Part shown: in pieces, positions 26,931 through 38,707 of the stretch | How the letters are laid out: each line of letters begins with the position of its first letter | Position numbering within the stretch: the stretch's first letter is position 1 | From: Felis catus | Taxonomy: Eukaryota | Assembly (NCBI RefSeq): GCF_018350175.1 | Contig: NC_058369.1 | Location: forward strand, 5,644,001 to 5,708,000 | Direction: 5' to 3' | Length of the DNA stretch: 64,000 nt | Translations under genes and position numbers: made by a program | The notes under the pieces: model-generated | What the model was told of the DNA's origin: nothing | The model's input: only the letters and a program-made list of their open reading frames with translations | Database searches by the model: none

Positions 26931-29900
26931 ACCTGGCCTTTGAGAGCCAGCCGTCCCCAGCTGGGGACCCTCGCCTGGGTGGCTCTGCCTGCCTTTAACT
27001 ACTCTGTTTCTACCCTGCCCACACCCCACTCCTGCTCGGCTTTGTCGGACCCCTTTGTCACCTCCAAGCCGACCTTCAGCCCAGCGTGGGCAGGAAGGCT
27101 TGTTGCAGGCTCTGGTTGTCCGACCTCTAGCCGTGCGTAGCCGGTCACCTGGCGCCTCTGGGAGCGGCTGCGCCTCCTAAATCCTCGCCAGACCCTGAGG
27201 CCATGTGGCTGAGTTTCCTGGGCCACCAGGCCCCCACTCTCCCCCATCTCTGCACCTTCCTCTTCTGGCCTTAGAGAAGGAAAGGTTTTCCTCCCTCCCT
27301 GTCACCCCCAGGCCCCTGGACACATGCGCCTGGGCCTAAGTGATCTTGGTGGCCCTCTCTGAGGTTCCCAGAGTCAGTTTGGCGGGGAGTGACCTTACCG
27401 TAGGCACAGGTGACCCTGGCTTTCAGCCTTGAGCGCAGATTCACACACTTAACCCATTCCTACCTGAGCTCTCACCTTATCTGTCCCCCGCCTCACCGAG
27501 GAGTCCCTACCTTTATAGGCTAAATCTTCCTGGTTCCTTTAAGGAGGCAGGACTCCCCTTAACCAAGTTCCAAACCCCACAACAAGTGGTTTCCTCTCCT
27601 CAGGACACTGAAGTGGGAACTCCTAGCAAACCCCTTTTACAGGGGAGGAAACTGAGTCACTGGTCGTTTCCCCCCCTGTCTGACCCCACGAGGCCTGGTC
27701 TGCTGTGCTCTGCCTCCCATTTTCCAGGAAGGCCAAACACTCCAGGGAGGGAGGTGGGGGGTTGGCAGGGCCGAGAGCCGGGCCTGGAAAGGGAGCCTCG
27801 CCCAGGGGCTGCCAGACCCCCAGGGGCAGGGAAGGAAGCTGGCTCCAGGTTGGCCACAGCTCTTCCGGGCTCCACCACGCTTGGGGACTGTGTAGGCCAC
27901 AGGTACCTTTGGGCCTGGAGGCCTGTGGAGCACTGGGTTTGGAGGCTGAGGCCCGTGAGTAAAGGTAGGGTTGGCAAGAAGGGCAGGATCGAATGGGGTG
28001 GGACCAGGCTGGGTCCAGGCCAGGTTATTTGTCACCTGCCCTACTGCACCTGGGAGGGGAGCCTTCAAGGCCATTCCCTTCCTCTGTCACTCAGACTCCC
28101 TCCTGCTGGCCCTGGCTCCAGGCCCTTCTGTGCTGCTCCAGCAGGTCAGCATTCAGCCTGAGCCTCACTGCTTAGGGTCCCGGAAGGCCCAGATCTCGTC
28201 CGGACTCAGCCTGGACCCTTGTGTGACCTGTATCCACTTATTGTCAGCTGCTGCCCTGGACTTGCGGTCACAAGGTCCTGGCCCTGATCTCCACTGAGCG
28301 TCCTTACCATCTGTGTGGACACCAGTTTGAGCACAGTTGTTCTAAGAGGCAGGTAGAGCTTCAGGCATCCGAGAGTCTCATGAAACCCCTCCCAGGAAAG
28401 CAGCTGAGATCTAAAGGTTGGGGAGGAATCACCAGTTGCAAAGTGGGGGCAGGAAAGGGTGCACTGGACCAAGGAACAGCACAGGCAAAGGCCGGGAGGG
28501 GGAAACAAGCCAGGCGTCTTGGAGGACCTCGGGAAGGCCAGGACAGAGGGTGCTGGATGAGGAAGAAGAATGAGGGTGAGGTCCAGGAAGCATTTTGTGC
28601 CGGGCCAGGCACTGGGGCCACACGGGAAAAATAGTGATTCGGTGCAAGAGGGTCAGGGGACCAGGGCACGATTTTGAGCAGAGGGGAGGCAAAGGTGGGT
28701 GATGGAATGATGGGCTTCTGTGAGGTCTCCAGTGTCCCGAGGGGGGGGGGGCTGGCTAGGAGGTGGCACATTTCAGATGGGGAAAGTGGTCGGATCCGGG
28801 CAGAATTTAGGAGGTGAGTGGATAGGCCCTGGTGATGAAGCAGGTCCTCTGCCCAGGGCCTCAGTTTCCCCTGTGCTGAGTAGGTGGGATACAACCTGCC
28901 CTGCTGACCCTGACCATGGGGGGTCACAGATGGCCCCTACCCGAGCCTGTTTAACCATGGATCTTGGAGACACGCCTGGTAGACTCTTGGATCAGGGAGA
29001 CCTGGGCTCAGACCTCGAAGCTGCCACCAGCTCGGCAGCCTGGGACCTTATCTCTCCTGGGTGTCTTCTGCACCATGGGGGGGGAGGGCAGTAGGACCTT
29101 TCCTGTGAACTGCTCCGGTGCAAGCCTCACACGTAGTAGGTCCTCAGCAAACGGTGGCCACCAGGGGCATTCCAGCGCCCTGGGACCTGGCCGGTCTCCT
29201 GGTGGTCAGTCTGTAACGTTGTGTCCCTGGCAGAGGCCAAGACTCGGGCCTCCCAGACCTCACTTGTGTGCGTCTTGCAGGCTCGTGCCCGCCCACCAAT
29301 TTCCAGTGCCGCACCAGTGGCTTCTGCGTGCCCCTCCCTCTGCGTTGCGACGGCGACAAGGACTGTCCGGATGGCAGCGATGAGGAGGAGTGTGGTGAGT
29401 CGCAGCGCCCCTGGGGGCGGGGCTTGAGGGGGCGGAGCCGCAGGGAGGGGAGGTGCTTGTGGGAGGGGCGGGGCTTTCAGGCTGGCACGATGGGGCGGGG
29501 CCCGAGGGTGGACAGGGCTTACAGGGTCGCTGGCTTGAGAAGAGGTGGGTTTCATGGGAGGTGGGCTTAGTGGGGCCTTGGGAGGAGGGGCTTGCAGGGA
29601 GGCCGGTCCTTGGAAGGCGAAGCGAACAGGGAGACATCTTCAGGGTGGGTGGGTTTTACAGGGCCGCCTGTTCCTGGAAGGCAGGGCTCACCGGAGGCCG
29701 GGTGGAGGAGAGTACCCCAGCTCTCTCGGGTGGGTGTTTGGGACCTGACTGACCCTGCACCTCAGGCATCAAGCCTTGCGCCCGGGACGGACAGTGCCTG
29801 CCGCCCACCGGCAGCCCCTGCCCCTGTGACAGCATCGATGACTGCCCAGATGGCCTCGACCACACCGTTCACAACTGCAGTCGCCAGCCCTGCCCGGCCG

Positions 29901-30710
29901 GGAGCTTCGCTGCCTGTGGGGCGGTGCCTGCATCCCCCGCACCTGGCTCTGCGACGGCCATCCCGACTGCCCTGCCTCCAGCGACGAGCTTGGCTGTGGT
30001 GGGTGCCCTGCGACCCCAGCGTGCCTGCGGGGGTGGGGAGGGCCGGGCGTTAGATAAGGACACCTTCCGGCGGGTGACCAGGCTTGGGGTGTGGACACTC
30101 GGGTCTTCCCCGCGCCTGCACCTCCATGGGGGCAGCGGTGCTCACTGACCTTACTCATTCTGGGTTGGGAGATGATGCGCCCCAAGGTCCCTCCAGGCAT
30201 TTGGGACACGTGTAGTCCCTCCCTGCCCCTCATGCCCTCAGCGCCGACTCCCCAGCTACTGAATGCCTGGACTTCTTGCAGGAACCGAGATGCCCCAGGA
30301 AGGGAATGCCACGGCCATGGGGACCCCTGTGGCCCCGGGCACTGTCACCGATCTTGGGAATGCCACCACCACCTCGTTTGGGGACCAGGACTCAGTCCAG
30401 TCTGGAAACCGAAGTGCTTGTGGGGTTATTGCCGCAGCCGGTAGGAAGACCGGGCCCTCCCGCTCCTGGGGGCAAGGGAAGGCTTGGGGGAAGGGACGGG
30501 CTGGGCCGCAGACCCCCCTTCCCTGTGTGGGGGCTGTCACTGACTCCTGTCCGTCTGCCCCCCACAGTGGTGCTGAGCGCAGGTCTGGCTGCCATCTCCC
30601 TGTTCGTGTTGTCCCGGCTCTGGGCCCGGGGGCGCCTGAACCAGCTGGGGCTGCTGATGGTCGTGAAGGAGTCCCTGCTGCTGTCGGAGAGGAAGAGCTC
30701 GCTGCTCTGA
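26660..30710 (+). CDS. CD320: CD320 antigen / transcobalamin receptor, join(26660..26786,29281..29394,29766..29998,30282..30440,30568..30710); 1-nt deletion frameshift at ~29900-29902 in this sequence (258 aa if one G is restored)
   Basis: Signal peptide [32 protein letters not shown] repeat 1 [36 protein letters not shown]; Cys-rich spacer; LDL-A repeat 2 (…[32 protein letters not shown], out of frame by 1); Thr-rich stalk with NAT sequons; TM; tail [14 protein letters not shown]. Confidence 0.9.
27326..27519 (+). repeat. Diverged direct repeat, copy 2 (CD320 intron 1)
   Basis: Shares GGCCTAAGTGATCTTGGTGGCC, GGTTCCCAGAGTCAG, GTAGGCACAGGTGACC, CCCCCGCCTCACCG.GGAGTCC with copy 1. Confidence 0.9.
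29281..29394 (+). CDS. CD320: CD320 exon 2 (LDL-A repeat 1)
   Basis: TTGCAG| acceptor; six Cys and DGSDE motif; G|GTGAGT donor. Confidence 0.93.
29766..29998 (+). CDS. CD320: CD320 exon 3 (Cys-rich spacer + LDL-A repeat 2), 233 nt, frameshifted
   Basis: CTCAG| acceptor; G|GTGGGT donor; 5' part and 3' part encode CD320-like peptide in different frames. Confidence 0.88.
30282..30440 (+). CDS. CD320: CD320 exon 4 (stalk, start of TM)
   Basis: TTGCAG|GA acceptor; [16 protein letters not shown]...GVIAAA; G|GTAGGA donor. Confidence 0.9.
30568..30710 (+). CDS. CD320: CD320 exon 5 (TM and cytoplasmic tail)
   Basis: CACAG|TG acceptor; [15 protein letters not shown]...[14 protein letters not shown]. 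Confidence 0.9.
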
Positions 30711-30982
30711 GGACGAGCTGCTGCCACCACGTCTCCCGGGCCCTGGGCACGGCCACTGCGGCCACATCAGCCCTCGGACGTGGCTTCTTCTGGCCATGCA
30801 GCACCGTGGACCTGAGCTCCTGCAGATGTGGCCCTGGAGGTCACGGGCACCTGGACCCTCGCCCCAGATGCAGGAAGCCTGGTCCGGGAGCACGTCACAG
30901 CCGGAACCGAGGGGCTGGCCCCAAGCTGCTCCGGGGGATGGCCCCAACTAGACACTCCTGCTGCCTCTGTTTGAGGGTGGTG

Positions 30983-30988
30983 ATTAAA
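30983..30988 (+). terminator. CD320: CD320 probable polyadenylation signal ATTAAA
   Basis: First common PAS hexamer downstream of the stop. Confidence 0.6.
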
Positions 30989-31519
30989 GTTACTTCACAT
31001 CCTCCGCCTGCCTCTGGGCTTCTGTCTCCCTCTGCCCGGGCAGCTCCGTTACAGCCCCTACTCCACAGTGGAGTGTCCTGAGAGGGTGGGACTCGGGGAC
31101 CCAGCCCTGGGTGCCCCCTCGGCCGCTCTGCCTCTGGCTTTCTGGGATCCAGAGCAGGTGGCAATGGGGCTGGGGCAGCCGGGTGGTCTGCATCACCCGC
31201 AGGCTGCCGCACAGAGGAGCGGGGCTTAGGCAGGGCCTCCGGGAGTCCTGGGGGACCGCCATCCATCATGGCTTCTTCCTCCTGGAGGTGTAAGCTGGGC
31301 ACCTCAGGGTTGGTCTGGGCTCCACTCAGTTTTAAAATGTAGGAATGTGTGTGAGTAGGGGAGGGGCAGAGAGGGGGAGAGAGAGAATCCCAAGCAGGCT
31401 CCGTATTGTCGGCACAGAGTCCGATGTGGGTGTTGAACCCACAAACTGTAAGATCATGACCTGAGCTGAAACCAAGAGTGGGGTGCTTAACCATCTGAGC
31501 CACCCAGGTGCCCCAAGAG

Positions 31520-33730
31520 CGTAGGTTTTATTATCGTGCAGGTATGGTGCGGCCGACGGAACAGGAGACTGCCCTTGAAAAGATGAACGGTTCCCAAAAG
31601 GAGGCGGAACACCAGGGCCGCACGGGGAAGGAGGCCTCAGCGTCCCGAGGGAGCTGGAGGAGACTGTGGGCAAGAACCTTTATTGTGGCTCCCTTGGGCA
31701 GGGGTGGGTGAGGCGAGGTAAGCAGGCCTGGGATTGGCTAGTTTGAGTAATGTCAGCGGGCTCTGGGGTAGGTGCTGTCTGTCACGCAGGTCCCAGGCTA
31801 TTGGCAGTGATGCCATGGGCTAGGAACGCCTGCGGCAGCCGCCTGGGGGGCCCGTGCTGTGCCCCATGAGCCCCCACAGGCATTTGCCGTCCGCAGCCAG
31901 TGCTGTCGCTGGGCCGGCCCTCGTGGCTCGCCTTATGATCGCAGGGCACACTTCAGCAAAGACTCTCCGGGAACTTTGAGGAAAGGGGGGTGATGACTCA
32001 AGTCCTGGAGGGAACGCGGGCCCACACAGCGAGATCACGGGTAAAGAGAGAGTGTGGACTGGGGGCTCTGCCTTTCTTAGGGTCCCAGGTGGGGGTGCCC
32101 AGGTTTTTGTGGGGTCACCGTTACTGGTGAATTGAATGCGTAGGAACAAGAGTGAGGGCAGGAGGGGAGAAGTGGGGTCGCTGGAAGAGCCGGTTACCTA
32201 GGTCACCCAGGGCTTTCTGAAAGAGGGAGCTTCGTTGAGTGGGGGCAGCCGAATTCCTTATCTGGCTGTGCTGTTCGTCGCCGCGTCTTACAGCTGGCGA
32301 TTCGTTTATTCCAGAGGGACGTCGGCACTCCAGGCTTAATACCAGGAACTGACAGTGCGCTGTCCTTAGCTTCCTGGCCCTGGCGTGATCAGGGCGGGGG
32401 GAGGGGTGTGGGGGGGGGGATACTGGCTCGGGGGATGGGCTCTGGACCGATTGCTTTGCGTGTGAGATGTGTGCCCTCCACTGGTGAGCTGTCTGCTCTC
32501 TCTGGGAACTGGCTAACCCCATGAGGGACCGTCCCTCCTGGTCAGCAAGGCTCCAGATGCCAAAGAACCAGGAGTACAGAAAATATAGACCAGACATACC
32601 CCGATCACTGGGTGTTGGCGACAAGGTTCTCCGATCCTCATTTTCCTTGTTTCCAAGTGGTGTGGCCAGAGCCCCTGTGGCCTCCTTGCGTGGAGGTGAC
32701 CTTCCTGATATCCCTGGTGGCAGACTGGGTGTCTGCCACCAGCTGGGCCCATGCCACCCGCTGCTGGGAGAGCACCCGGGATCCCACACAGGGTCTTGGG
32801 GCTCCCACATCTGGCAGGCAGAGAGATGGCCCCTGGCCGTGAGATGCTGGGTGTCGGGGTAGAGGGCCGGTGCACCAGGAGGGCTTCCTGGGGGTGGTGA
32901 AGCTGGGCTTTGGGACTCCACCCATCTCCCAGTGGGGGAAGGTGGTTGAGGTAGGTGTTGGGGTCTGGGCGTTGGGCAGGGGACGGGGGGGCCCGAGTTC
33001 TCGGTCAGTGCCGGGGGGCAGCAGGAGTGCAGGCTTGGGAGGTGGGCTGCAGGTACAGTAGTGGCCCCAGCCAGCGGTGGGGGTGCAGGGTGCCCCGTCT
33101 CCTGGGGCCCAGGGCCTTGCCTCTGCACCTGCTGGAGCCAAGGTGAGCTGATGCAGAACCAAGCGCTTCTCCCAGGTGGCAGGAAGGAGTTCCACCGGAG
33201 GGTGGGATTTTCTTGTTTCTCGGTTTTTCTCCCTTTTGCTCAGGCAGGGTCAGCCTCAGTGGGTCAGGGGGCGTGTAAGGGGGTTATGAGGCCGCTTGTC
33301 ACATGCCACTGGTGTCACTTAGTTATCAGTGGAGCAAACCATCCTGTGCTTGGGGACTCTGCCACCCCAGTGTGTTCTCCCTCATGGCTGGCAGCTCTTT
33401 TGGGCCATCAGGAATGGTGGCTGTTGTCCTCTGCGGGCTGGGCTGGTTGGACATCACCACCTGGAGTTTCTCTGTCCCGTCTGGCGCCTTGGGATGGCCT
33501 GGCCAGCTGGGCCACTCCCTCTCCGTGTGGCTTTTCCATGTGGCCACCTGAACAGAACGGCCTTCTGTCTTTCGTGGCAACTCAGGGCTCGTCAAAGTGC
33601 AGAGCTGAAGCCACCAGACCTCCCGGCTCAGGCCGGGAACCAGGTCAGCATTCTCTTGCTTCCGCGGAGTCCCAGGTCAGCCCAGACGTACGTGGGGACC
33701 ACACACGGGTGTGAACACGGGGGTGGGGCC
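31520..33730. mobile_element. Cluster of old, GC-rich ERVL/MaLR LTR relics (family not resolved)
   Basis: GTAAGCAGG…GGATTGGCTAGTTTGA.TAAT (31718-31750), GGGAACTGGCTAACCC (32503-32519), MLT1-like tail at 33320-33720. Confidence 0.4.
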
Positions 33731-36700
33731 CGGATGATGGTGCCATCCTTGCAGGCCAGCCCGTGCAGAGGGCACAAGCTGGGGATGGGGCAGGCGGGGG
33801 TGGGGGACTCCCTGTCCACCTGAGCCAGCTGATTCTCTGTGGGCCCGTGGCTCTGCTCTCAGGTACAGCTTTGTCATCTGCCCCCGGGGGCAGTCACAGG
33901 TCCAGATGTCTGTCGCTGTGGGCACGCTGGGGTCTCAGCTGCCTTTGTTCCCTGGAGCAGGGCTCACACTGCTATCCTGTGCGGCAAGCTCTGTGAGTCA
34001 CTTCCGGGAACCTTCGGGAAGGGTCCAGGTTTTAAAGTGGGGGGGGGGCGGGGAGGGGGTTGGGGAGCCCAGGAGGAGGGGGAGGAGGCGGGGTGGGAGC
34101 TGCAGGCAAGGATGGAAGGGTGTGTGTGTATATCTCTGTAGAATTCTTTCTATTACTCTTTTTTTTTATTGAGGGAAAATTCACATAAAATTAACCACTA
34201 GCCATTTTAAAGCATACAGTTTACTCCAAGACTTTTTTTTTTTTTAAGTTGATTTATTAATTTGAGAGAGAGCGCAGGAGAGCATGAGCGGGGGAGGGAC
34301 AAAGAGAGAGGGAGAGAGAGAGTCCCAAGCAGGCTCTGTGCCATCCGCACAGAGCCCCACGTGGGGCTTGAACTCACGAACAGTGAGATCATGACCTGAG
34401 CCGAAACCAAGAGTTGGGTGCTCAACCGACTGAACCATCCAGACACCACTCTTTCTTTCTTTCTTTCTTTCTTTTTTTTTTTAAAGTTTATTTTGAGAGA
34501 GAGAGAGAGTGTGTGTGTGTCTGTGTGTCTTGTGTCTGTGTGTCTGTGTGTGTGAGTGAGCAGGGGAGGGGCCAAATCAAGGGAGAGAGAGAATCCCAAG
34601 CAGGATCTGCCCTGTCAGCACAAACCCTGATGTGGGGCTTGAACTCATGAAATGTGAGATCGTGACCTGAGCCGAAATCAAGAGTCAGATGCTTAACTGA
34701 CTGAGCCACCCAAGTGCCCCTAGTTCCAAAACATTTTCGTCCCCCCTCCCCGCCGAAAAGGAAACCCTGTCTCCATTAGGACTCATTCCCCATCTCCCTC
34801 CCTCAGCCTCTGGCACCTACGAATACAGTTTGTGTTTCTGTGGATTTGCCTGTTCTGGACATTTCCTGGGGATGGAATCCTACCGTAGGTGACCTTTGAT
34901 GTCTGGCTTCTTTCACTGAACATCATGTTTCTCCCCAAAGTTTCCCCCAAGGTTCTTCCCTCAAAGTTTCCTTGTGTCTTTTTTTATACCCCCTCCCCAT
35001 GACCTAGGCAACCATTGATTGCCTTCTGACACTATAGATTCGTTGCCTTTCTAGAATCACATAGTAGGTACCCTGTTTTGTCTGGCGGTTTTTACCTGAC
35101 ATGTTTATTTTAAGATCTGTGCATACTGTTGTTGAGTGTGCTAAAAGTTAACTTGTTTTAGGGGGCGCCTGGGTGGCTCAGTCGGTTGAGCGTCTGACTT
35201 GGGCTCAGGCCATGATCTGGCAGTCGGTGGTTTCCAGCCCCACATCGGGCTCTGTGCTGACAGCTCAGAGCCTGGAGCCTGCTTCAGATTCTGGGTCTCC
35301 CTCTCTCTCTGCCCCTCCCCTGCTCCTGCTCTGTCTTTCTCTGTCTCTCAAAAAATAAAATGTTAAAAAAAAAATTAAAAAAAAAAAAGGTTGTTTTATT
35401 GGTAAGCCCTATTCCGCTGTATGGCTGGCCCACACTCTACCTGTTGATGGACCTTGAGGTCATTTCCAGCTTTATATTTATTATTTATTAATTAAATCTT
35501 TATTTTTGAGGGAGGGAGAGAGAGAGCGAGAGAGAGCGAGAGAGAGCGAGCATGAGTGGGGGAGGGGCAGAGATAGAGGGAGACACAGAATCCGAAGCAG
35601 GCTCCAGGCTCTGAGCTGTCAGCACAGAGCCCGATGTGGGGGTCGAACCCACAAACTGCGAGATTATGACCTGAGCCGGAGTCGGACAATTAACCGACTG
35701 AGCCACCCAGGCGTCCCAAGAGTTAATCATTTTAAAGTGAACTGTCCCATGGCATTTAGCACACTCCTAATACCTGTAACCAGTACCATGTGAATCTTTT
35801 CACGGGCTTGTAGCACTTCAGACGATACCTAACTGGGACTTTAACTGGGATTGCATTGCCTTTGTAGGTTAGTGTGTGGAGAACAGACATTCACTGAGCA
35901 CCGACTGGGTGGCAGGCATTGTAGGTGCTGGAGACCAACCTTGAACAGAACAAGGCCCCCTCCCCCATGGAGGCAAGTGAGTGGAGGTGGGGTGAGGGGC
36001 GAGGCGACCAACCACTAAACTCTACTAAACCAGTATCTCGATGTCAAGTTGGGGCTAGGTTCTGGGGACCAAGCGCCGAAGTAGGAGTGATGGGCGTGCT
36101 GGACGGGGGGAGAGAAGGGTCACTATCTTTACATTTGATAAACAAGAGGCTGGAACGGGGAGGCATTTGAGTAGAGAGCTGAAGGAAGATGACCTGTGCA
36201 GGTATGTAGGTGAAGAACATTCTGAGAAGAGTAAACAGCGAGTGCAAAGGCCCTGAGGCAGAAGTTGTTCCAGACACAGGAAGTCTGGAGCCAGCGCGGA
36301 GGGGGTAGTGGCAGTGGTGAGTTGACGTCAGAAGATGTCTGTGAGCGGGGGGTGGGGGGAGGCACTGGGTGTGTGTAGCGAGGTGGGACCTTTGGGAGAT
36401 TTGAACAGAGCGGGGCCATTCTCTGACGGGTTTTAAAGTGTCTTCTTGCATTGAGAAAATCCCTCTGTAAGGATGTGATTTATCTAACTGAAAGCTTCTG
36501 GCTTAGGACTCTGTTTTCCTGGTTTGTTTTGTCTTTACCAGATTGGTCTGGTCACAGCAGGGGTGTAGGTACACTTTGTTCTGAAGCAACACTTGGGTTC
36601 ATTTGTATCACAGAGCCGGTTGGTTCTTCCTCAGGAAAAGCACGGCCTGGGATAAAAGGGATCTTGCCGGTCCTTTCTTCTGTTCTCGTCACCGTGTGAA

Positions 36701-37444
36701 ATTTCCAGTTCGATGGAGTTCTTTGGGTTACGTGATCAGAGTTCTTCGTTTGTTCAAAACACATTTGTTGTAGATGAATGTTCCCGGCCAGACAATCGCA
36801 ACCAGCCTCAAGGTCCCTCAGCGGGTGAATGGGTAAACCCGATGTGGTGTGTCCGCACAATGGGGTGTTATTCAGCCGTGAAGGGGAAGTCCTGACGTGC
36901 CGCCACGCGGGTGAGCCTTGAAAATGCCACGCTAAGGGGCGCCTGGGTGGCTCAGTCGGTTGAGCGTCCGACTTTGGCTCAGGTCATGATCTCGCGGTTC
37001 GCGAGTTCGAGCCCCATGTCTGGCTCTGTGCTGACATCTCAGAGCCTGGAACCTGCTTTGGATTCTGGGTCTCCCTCGCTCTCTCTGCCCCTCTCCCGCT
37101 CATGCTGTCTCTCTCTGTCTCTCAAAAATAAACATTTAAAAAAGTTAAAAAAAAAAAAGAAAGAAAGAAAATGTCACGCTGAGCGAAAGCACAAAGTCAG
37201 ATATTGTGGGATTCCATTCGTAGACGATGTCCAGAGTAGGTAAAGCTGTAGGGCCAGGAAAATAGTGGTTGTCGGGGGCCGGAGGAGATAGCGGGACAGG
37301 GGGTGAGCAACTGAAGGACGTGGGGTTTCTCTTTGAGGGCTGGAATGCCCTGCGGTACCCTGCAGCGGTGGCCGCATATTTCGGCGAATGCGCTAAAAAT
37401 GACGGATGTGTACATTTTCAGTGGGTGAATTCGGTGGTATGTGG

Positions 37445-38030
37445 TGTGATAGGAGCTGAGTTGTGTCCCCTCCAGAGCCCCATGATGAAGCCTTAACGCT
37501 CTAGCCTTTATTATTTACCTTTAATTTGTGTTTTATGTTTTTATTTTTTTAATTTTTTTATTTTTAAAAAATTTTTTAACGTTTATTTATTTTTGAGACA
37601 GAGAGAGACAGAGCATGAATGGGGGAGGGGTAGAGAGAGAGGGAGACACAGAATCAGAAGCAGGCTCCAGGCTCTGAGCCATCAGCCCAGAGCCCGACGC
37701 GGGGCTCGAACTCACGGACTGCGAGATCGTGACCTGAGTTGAAGTCGGACGCTTAACCGACTGAGCCACCCAGGCGCCCCTGTCTAGTATCCTCCTAAGC
37801 AAAGGAAATTTGGACACACAGGGTGGATGCGGACGCAGGTGGACGACCACGTGAGGACACAGGGAGAAGGTGGCCGTCTGCCAGCCGAGGAGAGAGGCCT
37901 CAGAGGGGACCAGCCCTGCCGGTGCCTTGACCTTGGACTTCCAGCCTCCGGAACCGTGAGGAAAAAAATGTGTTTAAGCCCCTGAGGTGTGGGGGGGGGG
38001 GGCTTGTTACAGTCTCCCTAGCAGGCCAAA
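37445..38030. mobile_element. MaLR LTR (MLT1B-like) split by a Can-SINE (~37550-37780)
   Basis: GCTGA.TTGTGTCCCC; GGAAATTTGGACAC; GTGAGGACACAGGGAGAAG; CCTTGACCTTGGACTTCCAGCCTCC. Confidence 0.7.
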
Positions 38031-38707
38031 ACGCGCGTTATATCTCCAAAGCTGTTGTAAAGAGACGTTTGTTGAACGGGGCTGTGCATTAGGCACTGTC
38101 TAGGTGCTCAGGATACAGCAGTAGACAATAGACACTTACAAAAAAAGTGAGCAGTGTGTTTCTGGCTGTAGAGGAGAGGACAGGGCACAGGGTGGGGGCT
38201 GGAGGCCCCCCAGGCTGGTCCGTGGAGGGGGCGGAGGGCTGGGCTGGGCTGGCCTGGGCAGGCAGCGTGGGTGAGAAGTGGCCACCTCCTGGATCCCTGT
38301 AGAAGGAAAAGCCGGTGGAACTGACACGCCACGGAGGTGGGGAGAGTTCGCAGCTGGGGTCTGGAGGACTGGATGCGAGGACCGGGCAGTGAGAAGGGGC
38401 AGCCAGAGGTGGGAGGGAAACCGGCAGCGCTCAGGAGAACAGAGCGAATCAAAGGCGGGGACGCCATCCCTGGGTCACGGGCTGTGACGTGGTCTGTAAA
38501 GTCGGATCTAGAGGGGACGCTGGCATTTAATAACGTGGAGGTCACTGGTGACGATGGCCCAAAACAGCTCCAGCGACTGAAAAGCAAACGGCAGGGAGAA
38601 GTGGGGTGTGGGTGACTCTGCTTTGGGGGCGGGGACGGAAATAGGGCAGTGGCTGCAGGGAGGGGGGCGCTCTGAGATGGTTTGCCTTGTAGGTGGAAGA
38701 TGCCACG

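Noticed and set aside
26660..30710. Calling CD320 a pseudogene
   Set aside because: Only one lesion, in a G homopolymer; splice sites, Cys pattern, promoter and tail are intact, so it is kept as a CDS with a flagged frameshift pending read evidence
32121..33823. 335-aa, 217-aa and other ORFs in the CD320-CERS4 intergenic region
   Set aside because: Low-complexity Pro/Gly-rich translations over GC-rich LTR relics, no recognisable domain or exon structure
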